From Vezdaea acicularis (Eukaryota): a DNA stretch of 64,000 nt. The notes beneath the pieces are model-generated. The model was not told the DNA's origin, did no database searches, and saw only the letters and a list, made by a program, of their open reading frames with translations. Below are positions 42,287-56,275 of the stretch, piece by piece (within the stretch, counting starts at the first letter, position 1; each line of letters begins with the position of its first letter). A program made the translations under genes and the position numbers. The stretch covers positions 124,001 through 188,000 of the forward strand of contig JAPEUI010000004.1 in NCBI GenBank assembly GCA_026025075.1. The letters are read 5' to 3'.

Positions 42287-45200
42287 TATGAGCTTGGTGA
42301 ATACTAGGCACCCAAGAATTATGGCGCTGGACTGCTTTCTGGGAGGTGTGGCCTATATCGAATGTGGCACGATAAGAAGAGTATCAGGGTTCGCCAGCTC
42401 CGCAGTCGTGGGCCTCATGTTCGTCCTTTGATACTTGACAATACGCATTCTGTCAGAGGCTGAGCCACAGTAGCTATGGACGACGCCATCATCTGTCAGC
42501 ATCATGGCGAGGACGGAAATTAGTTATTGCACCTTGCCATAGAACCGTGAGCAATTTCACAAGTGACGAAGACAAGGGAGCAGCTGCAAGGGGGAAAGTG
42601 AAAATTGAGGCTACAACAGCAGTGTCAATTTAAGTCGTGCTTATAGTCCCAACACACCTATGGGAGAAGTCTTGACGGAGGACGGGCGGTGTGGAACTGA
42701 CTCCCAGGTCATTCCTCGTACGACACATGTATGTCGATCGCTGCAAGGAGAGACTCGGCTTTCCAGCCGGCGCTTGAGTCGACATTGCCCATCGAAGCAT
42801 CCAGCCATTGGTGTGTTATGCGGCTGTAGATAGGTTTCGAGGCAGGATTCCGCCGTGCATAGCCGCAGTTGCCAAAATGAAACACCCTCCAAGCAGCCAT
42901 CGAACTTTTTTCGGCGATCGCAGTCGTGCTAGCAGGATTGATGAAGGGTTCTCGGCCATGCCATCTTGCTCGCCCCTGCGGGATTGGCCGTGAGGTCCCG
43001 CCCCCCGACGAATTGAGATGGCAGATGAGGTCCCGGACAGCGGAGATTGAGGGGTAGATCTAAGACAGATCTGCCAAAAAGAGACTCTCGTCGCTGGAGA
43101 CGCTATGGCGCCTCAACGGCATCGCACGGCCATATCTGGCATCCCACTCGTTCAGCCTATGTATCAAAGGAAGAGCCGCCAACGTAAGAGGACCGGCTGA
43201 CGAGCGGGAAGCTCGTCTGGTGAAGGAAAGGGTTGTTCCCGCCCAGTCACGATTCACGCCATATGAGAAGGACTCGGTGCGGGCCAGAGTTGGGAAGGAA
43301 GCTGCTCGAACGCGGGCCCCGGCGGACACGCTGCGAACAGAAGGAACGGCTCGATCATGCGCGGGTGCTGTGAAGGCACGTGTCTCGCTCGCCGTGAGAT
43401 TGCTTTCGCCGGCGACGTTCGAGGGCGGCGGAGAGGAAAACTGGGTCGCGGGGCATCGTGGATCGCTCTCCTGACGCCATGCCCGCCGGCGGACCGTAGC
43501 GTGGTGGACGGGGTGAAGCCGCGACGGAGGAGGAAGGATCGGGACGACGGGGGATGTGACTGATCACATCTCGAGGGGGGCGCCGGCGCACTGATATTGT
43601 GCGCGGCGAGCTGGCCCACGGAAGGCGCGAGGGGGCGAGGGGCGGGGGGCGCGACACGGACAGCAGGAGCGCGCTGCTGTCACTCGACCGACGTTCGAGC
43701 GGCGACGAGCGGCGACGAGCGGCGACGGTGACGCTATCCGGACTAAGGCATGCAGGTCGATGTATCTGGACGCTCGCGGACTTCGGCTGGGCCTCTCATC
43801 CCGCTCCGCCGGCGTGGAGATGCAACCTCACAAGTGGTTTGATGTTGCTCGACTTTCTCGCCCAAGACTGGACTCCTGTCATGCAGGACACCTGCGCTTT
43901 CGTGGTTGGAGAGCGCGAGCGTGCCCGTCGTCCGTTGCTTGGACCTCTTGCCCCGGTGTTCGCTCGTGCCGTTTGTCGGGCTCCTCGTCCGCGTTCCTCG
44001 TCGCCGCCGTCGTGGTGGTGGCGCCCCGAGGGCACTCATCCTGCCGAAAGCATCACGATGCACCCCCCTTGGCGAAAGCCCGCTCCTCGTGTTCATGGCG
44101 TCCGCCGCCGGGCCATCATCGCACAGGCCAAATCCCCTTCAGCAAGATGTACGGAGACAAGACCGGGGGCGCAAAGACAGACGCACATCGTTCGTTCGCG
44201 GCGCTCAGCGTCTGGCGGCCGGCGAGGTTTCATATCACCGTCATCCTCCGATTCGGATCAAGCACTCTCGAAGATCCCCATGCACGCCGTAACCAATTTC
44301 ACGGGCTCGCTTTCGAAGCGAGAATGCGTCGGGTGTGGATGTGCGTCAACCGCGCACGATGCTCAACAGATTGGACCACTCCGAGGCCAGTGTCGTCAGC
44401 TCGCCCGGGAGGGGCTGCACACTGGACAGCTTCCAGCTTAGTCGATCACCTATCCCGACCGTGATATCGTGCACTCGGCTTTCGTTGCAACCATTGACCA
44501 AGGCCGGGAGCAGATAGTTTCCGGAAATGCCAGGGTGAACGTGGCCAATGACCGCGAAGTTGAGCACGCGAAAGGGCGGCCACGGTCCAATTGCAATTGC
44601 GTCCAGACACCGGACGTGCCTCGAAGTGTCTGGCCGGCGAATGGGGAGCGGGATGTGAAGCCCCGCATGCATGCGGGGACGTCGTCCTTAGACCGCAGAT
44701 AGAAAACAAACGAAACCCTAATCAGGATCTTGCCCTCGGAAGCCCTAAATAGTGGCGGCGCGGCCACCTTTGCCCTCAACGTTGATGAACGGGGGGCATC
44801 GAGTCCGGCCAAGAATCCAAGTTATTATTGGAGAACTCCTGGATCAATCAAGCTGACCGAGAGCAATCGGATAAGCCAGTCCAGACAGGAGGTTGGTGGT
44901 TCGCTTCCGCAGCAGCGGACACCCTCGTCACGTCGAAGGACGGGGGATCGACGATCCGTCTCACCAGAGAAAGCGCCGTTTCCTCAATAGCATCATGATT
45001 ACCTATTCGGTGCGAATGACACGATGGAGGCCCGCTTCTACCCTCGGCGAAGCGTGAAGCGTCAAGCCCGAGCATGCGGCGGCTCCAGCGATCCTGCTCC
45101 TTTCGAGACCCATCCTATCGGCGTCGAGGATGCGGTCGAACGAGCCACGATTCCCGGCCGTCGAGGATGCTCACCAGCTGTGGTGTAGACTGAAAGAAAG

Positions 45201-47540
45201 TTCCGACCAGCGCCGCAGCAGGCGCGACGAGTGGTCGAAGGTCGCGCGAGGGGCCTCACACATGCGGACCCGGCTGTTGGGAGGCTGGCGGGGGTTAGAG
45301 TTGATGCGGTTAGGATTAGACTCAGGGAATCGTCACGCGCTCAGTCCTAGCGCCGCGCCGACGTACCAACTGCATGCGCGATGATGTTTTACGCCGCAGC
45401 GTGCGTGCACTCCGACACCTCAACCTTAGGGCTTCATCAAAGGCGACACGACCAAACCCATCCTCGTCCTCATACTCGATCGCTCAGAACGCTAGAAAAA
45501 TCGGGCGCTCTCAGGTACAGACTTGTTTCTGAGACCTTCATCTCGAGCGTCCGGACATGGATGGACCTCAGCCCTAGACCGTGGCTGCGCTCCATCCACG
45601 ATACCCCGCAGTGCTCATGGGAGAAACACCACAAGTCGCTTGCAAGGGGTGACGTCGAAGGACTGACCTCCTTCGCGGCAGTATCTTCAGATGTGGTCCG
45701 CCTCCAAGGTCCCAAATAACCTCATCTTCTGACCAGCCCGCGTCCTTGTTCCAGTACCTGAAGGCGACACGCGAATCTCTTGTTGCAGAGATAACGTCGT
45801 TTTACCGGCCTCAGCTTTTCCCCAAAGGGAGAGCGTCGTAAGCATAGAGGGGTAGAACGGTGGATCTTTAGCCGCCACAGCTGGCGTTGGCATTAGACAA
45901 TGTCAACGCCTCAAGGACGTGGGTGGGGCTGGCCAAAACAGCTCCAGATCTTGTCTAGAGCACGATCCAGATGGTTGGCGCCGCAACATCCGAATGGACT
46001 AGCCCAAGGGAGACCGTCCAGCCATTTTCTTTGTGCGTTCTCAAACCGCTCGACGAAGCCGACCGTGGTGAGAGCAGAGTGGGTCGTGACAACAGACGCC
46101 GATTGAGCTGAATGAGCATGTGTAGCACATGGGCATGAGGCCTCCAGCCAACCGGCGTGTTTCCTTAGCCTTGAGGACTGCCCACTGAACCTCCAACCGT
46201 CCTGGCTGTCTCGGTGCGACATCATGAGGGCGCGAGGTAAGGTCAAATCCAGCTTTGAGGTCTCACTCCGTGATGGGGGTAATACGACTTCGTAAGGCAT
46301 TCCCCCTTGTTGCGGTCGTCCTGAGATGCCCTTCGACTGTTTGCAAATGAGAGCCTTCGGGGGCGCAAGCGATGTGATCAAAGTCGAGTCTGGAGCAAGA
46401 AGGGAAACGGATGGTTGCACGACCGCTGTTCTGCCTCCCCGCAACGGAGCGTCTTCTCTCTACGTCCAATGATGAAAGCAATCGCGATCCTGGCAGGCGA
46501 TCCTGAAGCCGTGACCTCCCTCCCTGCTTCGGGCGTGTAGAGCGGTGGGATGCGTACAAGGTCAGAATGCACCGCGCGCAGTTCTCCGGGCGGCGCGCAT
46601 GCCCTCTCGCGCTTTCATCACACATGTAACGAGCAGTATTGGGGACATAACTTAATCTCGCGGCGGCGCTATGGATGTGCATGATAATCCTCGACTCCTT
46701 TCCTGGTACCAATCGCCCGCATGCCCTGCCTTCTGACGACCGTCATCTGCGCTCCCCAAGCTGGACCACCCAGGCCGCTCCTTCTTCGAAATTCCTGTCA
46801 GCCCACCAACCATATGCCATCTTCACCAAACAACTGAGCCTGATTCAAGAGCGACCCATTTCTCAACCCCCCCAACAGACGAAACCCGTCTTCATCTTCC
46901 TTCGAATATCTCCCGCCAGCCCGGGCTTTTTCTCTGCGGAAGTATATACCGATCCAGCACCCCCTCGTTCCCACCTCTCGTTGCTGCGCCCAGCCCAGCC
47001 TGCAAGCCAACTGCCGAGGGTTGCGCGCAGTCGCGGTAACGCTTTTCAAGGTCAGCCGACTGCGACTGGTGGCTACGTTAGTCAACCGCTGCATTTCCGA
47101 AACGGACTGACGCTGGACCTCCATCTGTAATCACCATCTCTAACTCTCAATCACCGCTGCTCCATTCTCGAAATTCGACCCTCCGCTTCCTACGATATCA
47201 GACTCCGTCGCCCGTTGACTTAGAGCCCCATTCCACGTCGTGCCTACTCTCGTAAGCGCCCGGCAGGCGTCCTTGGCGTCTTCGTGTTCTCCCCCTCGCA
47301 TTCACCTTCAACCCTACCCTCTCGCCTCATCACGGCTACGTAGACTACGCCGCGCCTTGGTGATATCTCCCGACGAACCGATCGCCCGCCGAACGTTGCG
47401 TCGAGACTCTGTCCTTACACGTCCACATTTTACTGCCCAAGACGGACTCAATTACTATCTCCACCCGCTTCTCCCGCCAGCTCTTGAAAGCTTGTCCCCC
47501 GTATTCTCGATAGCAGAGGCATCGTTTTGGGCCCTCGAGC

Positions 47541-49064
47541 ATGTCAACCAATCGGGCAAGTGGGTTCACCAATCTACGGATGGGTGGTGAGTATATTCTG
47601 ATATCGCCACGAGCGCAGCTGATAACTCGGTGTAGACATGATTCGTGAGAAGGTGCAGGACGGGCTCACAGGGGAGACGAGGGAGATGCAGTACACACAG
47701 TGCAAGATCGTGGGCAACGGATCGTTCGGTGTCGTCTTCCAGACGAAGCTGTCTCCAAGTGGTGAAGACGCTGCCATCAAACGTGTCCTTCAGGATAAAC
47801 GATTCAAGGTACGTGGCAAGCTGCCCGACGGCGAGATCGGCCCGAGTCCAGGTCATTGATTGCTCTCCACAGAACCGGGAACTTCAGATCATGAGAATCG
47901 TCAGGCATCCAAATATTGTTGAGTTGAAGGCATTTTACTATTCGAATGGTGACAGGGTAATTTGAATTTTCCAATCCTCGACAAGAACCAAAAACTCATG
48001 AACCTATAGAGAGACGAAGTATATCTCAACCTGGTACTAGAATTTGTTCCCGAGACCGTCTATCGCGCTTCCCGATATTTCAATAAGATGAAGACCACCA
48101 TGCCAATCCTCGAAGTCAAGTTGTATATCTACCAACTTTTCCGCTCGCTTGCATACATCCATTCTCAGGGCATTTGTCATAGAGACATCAAGCCTCAGAA
48201 TCTCCTCTTGGATCCCACCAGCGGTGTCCTCAAGCTTTGCGACTTCGGTAGCGCGAAAATTCTCGTGGAGAACGAGCCGAATGTGTCATACATTTGCTCT
48301 CGTTACTACCGCGCCCCCGAACTGATATTCGGAGCAACGAACTACACGACCAAAATCGGTGAGGAAAATTCTAGCGCTCAGGCGCAGTCATTGCGGCTCA
48401 AACGCTAATGGTCGATATAGATGTGTGGTCCACTGGTTGCGTCATGGCGGAGCTGATGCTCGGTCAACCACTTTTCCCCGGGGAATCAGGCATCGATCAA
48501 TTGGTGGAAATCATAAAAGTGCTTGGCACACCCACCAGAGATCAGATACGGACAATGAATCCTAATTACATGGAACATAAGTTCCCCCAGATTAAACCGC
48601 ATCCATTCAATAAGGTATCTTCATATCATTTGCGTCTTAATTTTGACTACCGATAAGCTAACAGTGTCGAAGGTATTCCGAAAAGCGTCCTCTGAAGCAA
48701 TCGATCTCATTTCAAGACTGCTCGAATATACCCCAACCCAGCGTCTATCGGCGATCGAGGCCATGTGTCATCCCTTCTTTGATGAGCTACGAGAGCCAAA
48801 CACGAGGTTCCCAGATTCCCGTCACACGAATGGCGCGATGAAAGACCTGCCTGACCTTTTCAACTTTACTCGCCATGGTAACGTTGCTCCACTCATTTCA
48901 CTGTTTTTCTGGTTAGCTAATGCCATCCAGAGCTTTCGATTGCTCCACAAATGAACCATAATCTGGTACCGCCACACGCTCGCCCGGCGCTAGCAAGCCG
49001 GGGGCTAGATATTGACAGTTTCACGCCGATGACGAAAGATGAGATGATGGCGCGTCTAGATTAA
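47541..49064 (+). CDS. GSK3: Glycogen synthase kinase-3 (Rim11/Gsk3 family), multi-exon
   Basis: Motifs [60 protein letters not shown] and [20 protein letters not shown]. Stop TAA at 49062-49064. Confidence 0.97.
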
Positions 49065-50304
49065 GAATAAAGACCCACCCTCACAACTAGCGTGACAGTT
49101 CATAAGATGAAAAACACCTTTTAGTCGCTGACATCCATATTATTCGCCCTGATTACCACCACTTCTTACACACCCTCTCATCATTCCACTACAGACTTAT
49201 CGACATGCTCAGGGTTTCTACTTCGTGCAGAAACGGTCTTTCTGTGTCCATTCATGCATGTCCTACCAAAAGATCATAGGCCATGCTTCAAACCTCGGCA
49301 GTCATGAAGAAGTGGAACACTTGCGACATTTGGATGATTTCCTCGGCCCACCGTCTAGCGTGCTTGAAGGGCCCGGTGCCTATTCAATGCAGCGGGCTGC
49401 AGGATTGAAAACTAAGGCCGCGATTTTGAGACGACTATTGGAACGCGAGGCATTGATCAGCGCAGTGCCAACGCGTCATGAGGCATTCCGGCTTTGTGTT
49501 CAGCTACTCGTACAGCCAGAGCTCGCCGTCCAGGACATGTCTGCGACTAATCCTCCTCTTTCTTGCGATACGGTCGAGCAGTTCTCGCTTCCCTTCTCCC
49601 ACGTTACGACTTTTTTCGACTACTACAAGTTTGTGGCCTGCCCGGACTTACTGCTCGTTGACATGACATGATGCCCCACTGTACCTTTTTGTCTCGCTGC
49701 ACTGCATTTGGCTACTTTTGAATGATCAGGGAGGGAGCTCTTAAAAGGCCTGCCATAGTTTTCGCAGAGCAACATTACACGGGCGTTTAGAGAGGACTTG
49801 TCTTTTCTAACAGGCCTCTTGCATTCTCCATTCTACTCATCAAGGGTGGCTCCCTGCTATTCGTTATGCATGGTTCGAGGTCAAGCATAGCCAAAAGAAT
49901 CCACTCCCCCTAGCGTGCTAAAATTCAATGAACACCATTCCTCTCTGAACACAGCTGCTTTGATAATCTAGAATTACAAGCAGCATCCTCTTCCAAGCTG
50001 TGATTTCCAATAAAAAATGACACGATAAGGTTGATCGAAGGGACCGTTTGGGGTGTGCCGCTTGGGACGCTAAGATCAAGACTCTTAAAGGTGATCAAAT
50101 AAAGCCTTTCGGTACCTGTCACGTGTGCGGATAAAATCCTTCTTTGACCGACTATGGGGTGTGCTGCAGGCTGATCTCGGATTCGCCAAGCAACGTTAGA
50201 TAAATTCGCGAGGCTGCATGTCTGTAGAAACCGCGACGTGTTTTTGACGGACCCAATCTACAGTTCGATCGATCGGTGTCAACGCACCCTTATATGTCGT
50301 GAGA

Positions 50305-53092
50305 ATGACCGACTACGAGATTAGAGGCCGTGGAGGTCGAGGACACAATAATCGAAAGCGTCGGTTCAGGGGTATGTGGACAGATCTCATCCAGGAAACT
50401 ATGCACCCCTGCTAAGGAGAACGCGGCTGTAGATGACGATGACTTTGACCACCGCCCTCAGCGGCGAAGATACGAGGAACCGCTACCGGTGAAGATCAGA
50501 AAGCAGTTGCTGAGTATTGCGGAATCTGTACTTAGCCTCCTCCATCGTTGTGAATACTGGGGCTGACTCTTCTGTGCAGCCTCTGAATCGAACGGAGGAA
50601 GATGTCAAGTCCATTGCAAAAACTATTGCGGAACATTATGAAGATGAGGAACTGCGCAGTAATTTTGTGGATTTGGCGCTGCAGCTGTGAGTCCAGAAGA
50701 GTTAGCCTAGTCAAGAATACCTCTAACTCAGGAACTGTTGCAGCATCGTCGAGCAGCCGTTCAAGATTCCCTTCATCGCTGCCATCGTCCTCACTTGCAA
50801 CGCACAAAAGCCTGAAATTGCGACCGAACTTCTCCCTCGGGCTGCGGATCTAGCGTCGGAGCACATCGAGGCTGGGTCATGGAGAGAGGTCAAGTTAGTG
50901 CTCAGATTTCTCGCATGCCTTGAAGGCATTTTCGAGGGCGAGGGCATGCTCCCGTTACTGGATGAGTTATTTTCTCGAGCGGTGGAGCTACAAACTGCTT
51001 CCGACGAAGATGTGAGCCTTAACTGCCTGTCTTTTGTAGCACGCTGCTAAATTTTGAATCATAGGCACTTGGGCTAGAATTGGTCAAGATAATACTCCTC
51101 ACCATCCCTTACGTTCTATCTTCATCGGCAACTCACCTTGAAAAAGAAGCCTCAAGTTTGCTAGAGAAGACTGATATCATTGCATCAACTCCCCATACAT
51201 TGGAAGCCCGCGTAAATCCGTATCCCGGATCGGGTAGTCTCGATGCCCGAGAGCCCACAAGTGTAAGATCGCCAATGATGTGTTCAAAGGTCAGATCGAC
51301 TAATTTTGGGTCCAGATCATCAGTCTGCTACAGAAACAATTACAAGCCGAGTCGAATCAAGGGTGGGAGCTTGCTTGTATTCCGAGACCCTGGAAAACTC
51401 AACCTGAAGATGGGGTGGATCCGTTGGCATCTGCCACTAAGCACCCCTTTCCCCCGATCATTATTCCTGATACCTTGAACCCTGGCCAGAAGCTACTGTT
51501 CCCGGAGCTCTTCTTCTCGGTATACGCCGACCAAGATGTGGAAACCGTCCCACCAACCACCAACATCGCTTCCTCACTGCTGCGGGACTCTCTAATCGAT
51601 ACGATTAACATCTTGAATTTCAATCGCAATGCTGTAGCCAGATTTTTGATTGACGTGGACTGTTATTTCTCGCCCCATACGTTTGTGAAGAGGGCTACGC
51701 AGTTTGATCGGCTCAAGGAGGTTGCTGGTGATCGATCGACCTGGAAACCTGAGGATGTTGTGGTAGACGCTGTCTTTTCCCAACTGTTCCAACTGCCAAT
51801 GCCCGAACACAAACTCGTTTATTACCATTCCGTCCTAACGGAGACCTGCAAGGTTGCTCCAGCTGCTATAGCTCCGAGTCTGGGGCGTGCGATTCGTTAT
51901 CTTTACAAGCATGTCGATGCAATGGATATGGAGTTGGAGTACAGGTTCATGGATTGGTTTGCTCATCATCTGAGCAACTTTGGCTTCACATGGAAATGGA
52001 CCGAATGGTAGGTTTTCCTCACTCTCGTGTATGCTATGGCTGTTAACGAGCCGTTAGGGTGGAAGATGTAGAGCTGGCGGATCTGCATCCTAAGAAGGCT
52101 TTTATGAGTGGTGCACTGGAAAAAGAAGTTCGCCTCAGCTTCGCCAATCGCATTCGGCAGACCTTACCTGCCCCATATCAGGTTTTCATACCAGAGTCAA
52201 AGGACAATGAGGTTCCAGAGTTCAAGTACAATAATGCCGGTAAGCCCCTTAAGTGGTGGACATTTGAATACCGTACTAATCATAAAAAGCTACTCCATTC
52301 GCCGATGAAGGGAAACAAATAATGACGTTATTACGGAAGAAAGCCCCTAAAGAAGAGGTTGACGCAGAGATAGAGTTGGTTCTTAACGCTATCCAAGAGA
52401 AGGCGGCGACGGCAGGGATTGCTGACCCTCTCCTCCCATCAACCGATGCCTTCGTAACGTCAATCTGCTATATCGGCTCAAAATCTCTCTCGCACGTCCT
52501 CTCCCGCATTGAGTACTGCAAGGACCGTCTTCTCGCACTCGGACCCTCCTCGCCGGCAGCTCGTCGGCAAATAATCACTTCGGTCATGGAGTACTGGAAA
52601 GATCAACCCGGCGTTGGCGTCAACATTATCGACAAGCTTCTAAATTATACTATTCTAACGCCTATGTCTGTAATCGAGTGGGTATTGGTCGAGCACAAAG
52701 ACAACGGAGCCATCCTCGCTCAAAGCCATATATACGAGATGGTATCCACTACGGTCTTTAAGGTCACAAACCGGATCCGCCAAATCGTCGCGACCCGCGA
52801 CCAGCCAGGTCTCCAACCCGAGCAGGTCAAGATGCTTCAGGATACACTGGACAGGGAGCGCGCAGATCAGACGAACATGTTCGGCGTCATCGAAGAGGCG
52901 TTGCTGGCGTTTGCTACCGGGTCCAATGAAGAGGTCACGGATGCCGAGGATGGGACGGAGAAGGACAAGGGGATGGTGCGATCATGGGCGCAGCGATGGC
53001 TGACCGTATTCCGCAGAAAATTAGCGGTAGAGGAGGCGGTTGTGGGCGAGCATACTGCTGCACCGGTACAGGCGCTCGAGAACGGGTCATAG
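50305..53092 (+). CDS. STO1: Nuclear cap-binding complex large subunit (CBP80/NCBP1), multi-exon
   Basis: N-terminal basic NLS NRKRRFR. Motifs EQPFKIPFIAA, LVYYHSVLTETCK..P.AIAPSLGRAIR, RFMDWFAHHLSNFGFTWKW.EW, KEVRLSF and IGSKSLSH. Confidence 0.92.
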
Positions 53093-53464
53093 ATGGAGCG
53101 GTCGACTCTTCTGGCCGTCTCGCATGTTGGACTCGGGCAGTTTGACGATGAGGTTCCCAGCATTGAGTGACCATGTCATCCTGTAATTGTAGGAATTATT
53201 AGTTTGAAGCAGTCAGAGGGTTCGGTGCGATTGATAGCCAATCGCGTCGACCGTCGTCGCGACAATGTCTTTCTAGTAAGGTCAAGGCCAATGACGAGAA
53301 AAGGATAGGGTATCAGGAGTAACTCTTGGCATCAGCCGATGACGAGAGCGCGGGTCCAGTATTGCGAAATCCTGGCTCGCATGTCAAAAAAGGCCTCCAA
53401 ATTCCCGCCCATGAGACATCCCAGTGCGCCTGCATCTACCAGTATAACAAAGCAGCTTCCGCGC

Positions 53465-54617
53465 TCATTGCTCCTTTTTAGCTTCTTCCCCATAGCTCCG
53501 ATCGTCACCTCCCTCTACCTCCTTCACTTTCTGCTCCATCTCCTGGACCTGCCTCTCCCACTCCTTCTTGCCCATTTTCGTCTCTCTCCTAAACAACTCT
53601 TCGTTAGGCTCTCGGTAGCTTCCGCCTAGACGATCCCACAGTGTTGTGAATTGTCCGTAATTATAGTTGAAGTAGAGATGGTGCATCGTGTGACATGCGG
53701 CGCCATTGATGACTGGGGAGTTTGCGACGTATTCACCATCGTCTACAACGTGGTTAGCTCGATGATCAAGCAGGGGCTGACGGGCGACCTACGAATGAGG
53801 ACTGCCCATATGTTGATGAAGATGAACAGGACTACGTAGGCGTATTTTTGTAGAGGAAAAAGGAACGGAAATACGTGATAAGGGATACTCTGGGCATAGC
53901 CGTCCAACGGGTGAAAAGCATGGCTGGCGTACGGCGTTGGCATGATCCATTTATGATGAGGCTTGTGCAGACGCTTGTACACCATCGGATGATGCAGACC
54001 GCGGTGGATCCAGTAGATGAAGCAATCCGTGAACAAGAGAAAGAACGGGAACTGTAGAATATTGTACCACGTTCCCGGCCCGTCTGCGGTTGTGTCATAC
54101 AGCTTCGCGTATCCCCTGACTTCCGCAACGAAAAAGGGCACAGTGAAAATGGCCATAATGGGGAGTGCTTCCATGGCCTGCGCTATTTCCATTCTGATTT
54201 GATTCTTGAGGAACTTTGGGTGTTTGAAGGTCGTCTTGTCAAAGATGAATTGATAAGAGAGGGAGGCGCAAAGAAAGTAGATTACCAGCCCGAAAAGCCT
54301 ATGTACCTTGTCAGTATTTGCTTGGCCTTATAGAATAATCGTATTCACCAAGTGATTAGGTACAGACTGATTATTTGCCTGTAGATGTTGTCCCTTGGCC
54401 ATGCACTCCTGTATGCCCAAACAGATGGCTCAAGTGAGAAGAGTTGAGTTGCAGGGTAGTATTGGTAGGCATTATGTACTTCGCCCGCCTTCGAAAAAGT
54501 CGCGTTGGCGTAACCGTCTTGAACTGAGTCGTAGAACACTAATGATACAGCAGGATGCACAATGGCCCAGAACCGGTCCAACGCAAAGGTGTCGAAGACC
54601 TCGAGTACGACGTCCAT
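53465..54617 (-). CDS. ERG3: C-5 sterol desaturase, three coding exons
   Basis: His boxes HRGLH, HKPHHKW...[12 protein letters not shown] and [27 protein letters not shown]-terminus MDVVLEVFD. Confidence 0.96.
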
Positions 54618-56275
54618 GGTGGACCTCCTCGAGGCAAAATTCTTATAAGGGGTTGACCCGCCACAAAAGCAACTTTAAGCTTAATTTGAATACGAATTGG
54701 GCGGTATAGTTGAAGGCTGTGCAAATTATAGTAGCTGCAGGCGGGGCAGAACCTAGGTATAAGCTCTTGAAAGCTGTTGGAGAGCTCAATGGCTGCTTAC
54801 AGGAGGAAAGGGTGGGAGTTCAACGGTTGTAGACCCTGAGCGGGCAGGGATAAAAGCCGAGCAGTCGGTATGGCCTGATTCTGATTAGTAAATAGCGTTC
54901 GCGGGTGGTCGGAACTTAGGGCCTCCGCCTGCCAAGCCAATGGAGAAGTTGTGGGCGATTCGTTAGGCTTCTCGCGCCACCGTAGGCGAGATGCCAGATC
55001 CATTCCATCATGGGGATGCTGGATCTCCATCCATTTCGACTCCATCCATAGATCTGAGTTGTTACACAAGCCGCAGTCTCCATATCTTCCACTTCGAGCG
55101 ATTCATGCGCACTTTCCTTTGGTATGCAGTGTAGTTTGCATTGCCTCTTGACGCCAGGAGCAAGGCCGCGGAACCGTGTCTGTGTGTGCCAAAGCGCTTC
55201 TGTATCGAGGTAATTTGTGAGCCGTTATAGTTCATGGATGGGTGCAAAGTGCAGTCTGTGCGGTGTATCGCGGGCCCGCGCCCAACAAATTCTGCTCACT
55301 GACTCGAAGACGGGGCATTATGAGGGAGCTTTCACTCGGCGTGAGCTGGTCAGTGCATCGCTACGAGTCTGAAACGGTACACTACCAATGCCGACTTGTG
55401 ATCGCTGATTCCAGACCGTACAACGGTTCGTGGGGCGTGAAGGTTGTGCAGAACTTGTATCGCAGCATCTGGGGCTCAACTACGGGCATCGCAGAAGCTG
55501 CATTCGAAGTTGGCGATTGTTGTCTCAACTTTCGCTCCAATATCATGTGTGTTACCATGGATATCGCGATTGACTGATGAGATGCGCTCGGCTGATCCTC
55601 CATGGTCCTGCTCGCCCGGACCTAGCTTGTGGCATATCGTTCTAACCCTTTTTTGAACAGCGCCCACCAGCGCCCCCCCCAGGCTCTAGCCTCCACCTCC
55701 CGCTAAATGCTCCTGCCCTGCCATCTGCTCGCTCCTCGTCTCTTCTTTACCCGTCATCGTCTCCTCTCTTCCTCTCCACATCAACCTCACCGTCTTCACC
55801 CTCATCTTCATCGGCGCTTTTGATCCAAAATTACTGCCAGTCAGTCCCAAGGCTGCGTAGACTGCAGCACGCGCGCAGAAGCAGCAGCGATTTATGATTC
55901 AAGCCCCAGCTACCGAGGTGACGGCGACCTAGAGAGCCGCCAAGATCTAGCTCCTCAAATCCCCAATCGCAAGCTTGCGCAAGATCCGGTCTCGATTCCT
56001 CGTTAGATCAACCACTTGCATCGACACGCACATCCATAAATCTCCAATCAAATTATACGCCGACTATCAAGGACTACAGGTCCTTCTCTACGTCTTAGAG
56101 CCTCGATCTATAATCTCACGGCTGTGCTACAAGGCCCAGCAAGAGAAACTACGAGTCTGAAGTATATTGTTATTAGTGCTACACTATTCCGCAATTATCG
56201 GAGTCCTACAGGAACAACGTCTTAGCAATATTACCCAAACATCGAAGGAATTCTGGTCACTCGATAGTGAATTGA

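Noticed and set aside
42508..42547. Ankyrin-like peptide EDGN*LLHLAIE
   Set aside because: A single short match containing a stop, with no second repeat.
44714..44721. AACCCTAA as a possible telomerase RNA template
   Set aside because: Only 8 nt, not the TAACCCTAA-type template, and I could not identify a pseudoknot or other supporting elements.
49225..49671. 148-aa ORF after GSK3
   Set aside because: Non-ATG start, no motifs, and located in the probable 3' UTR.
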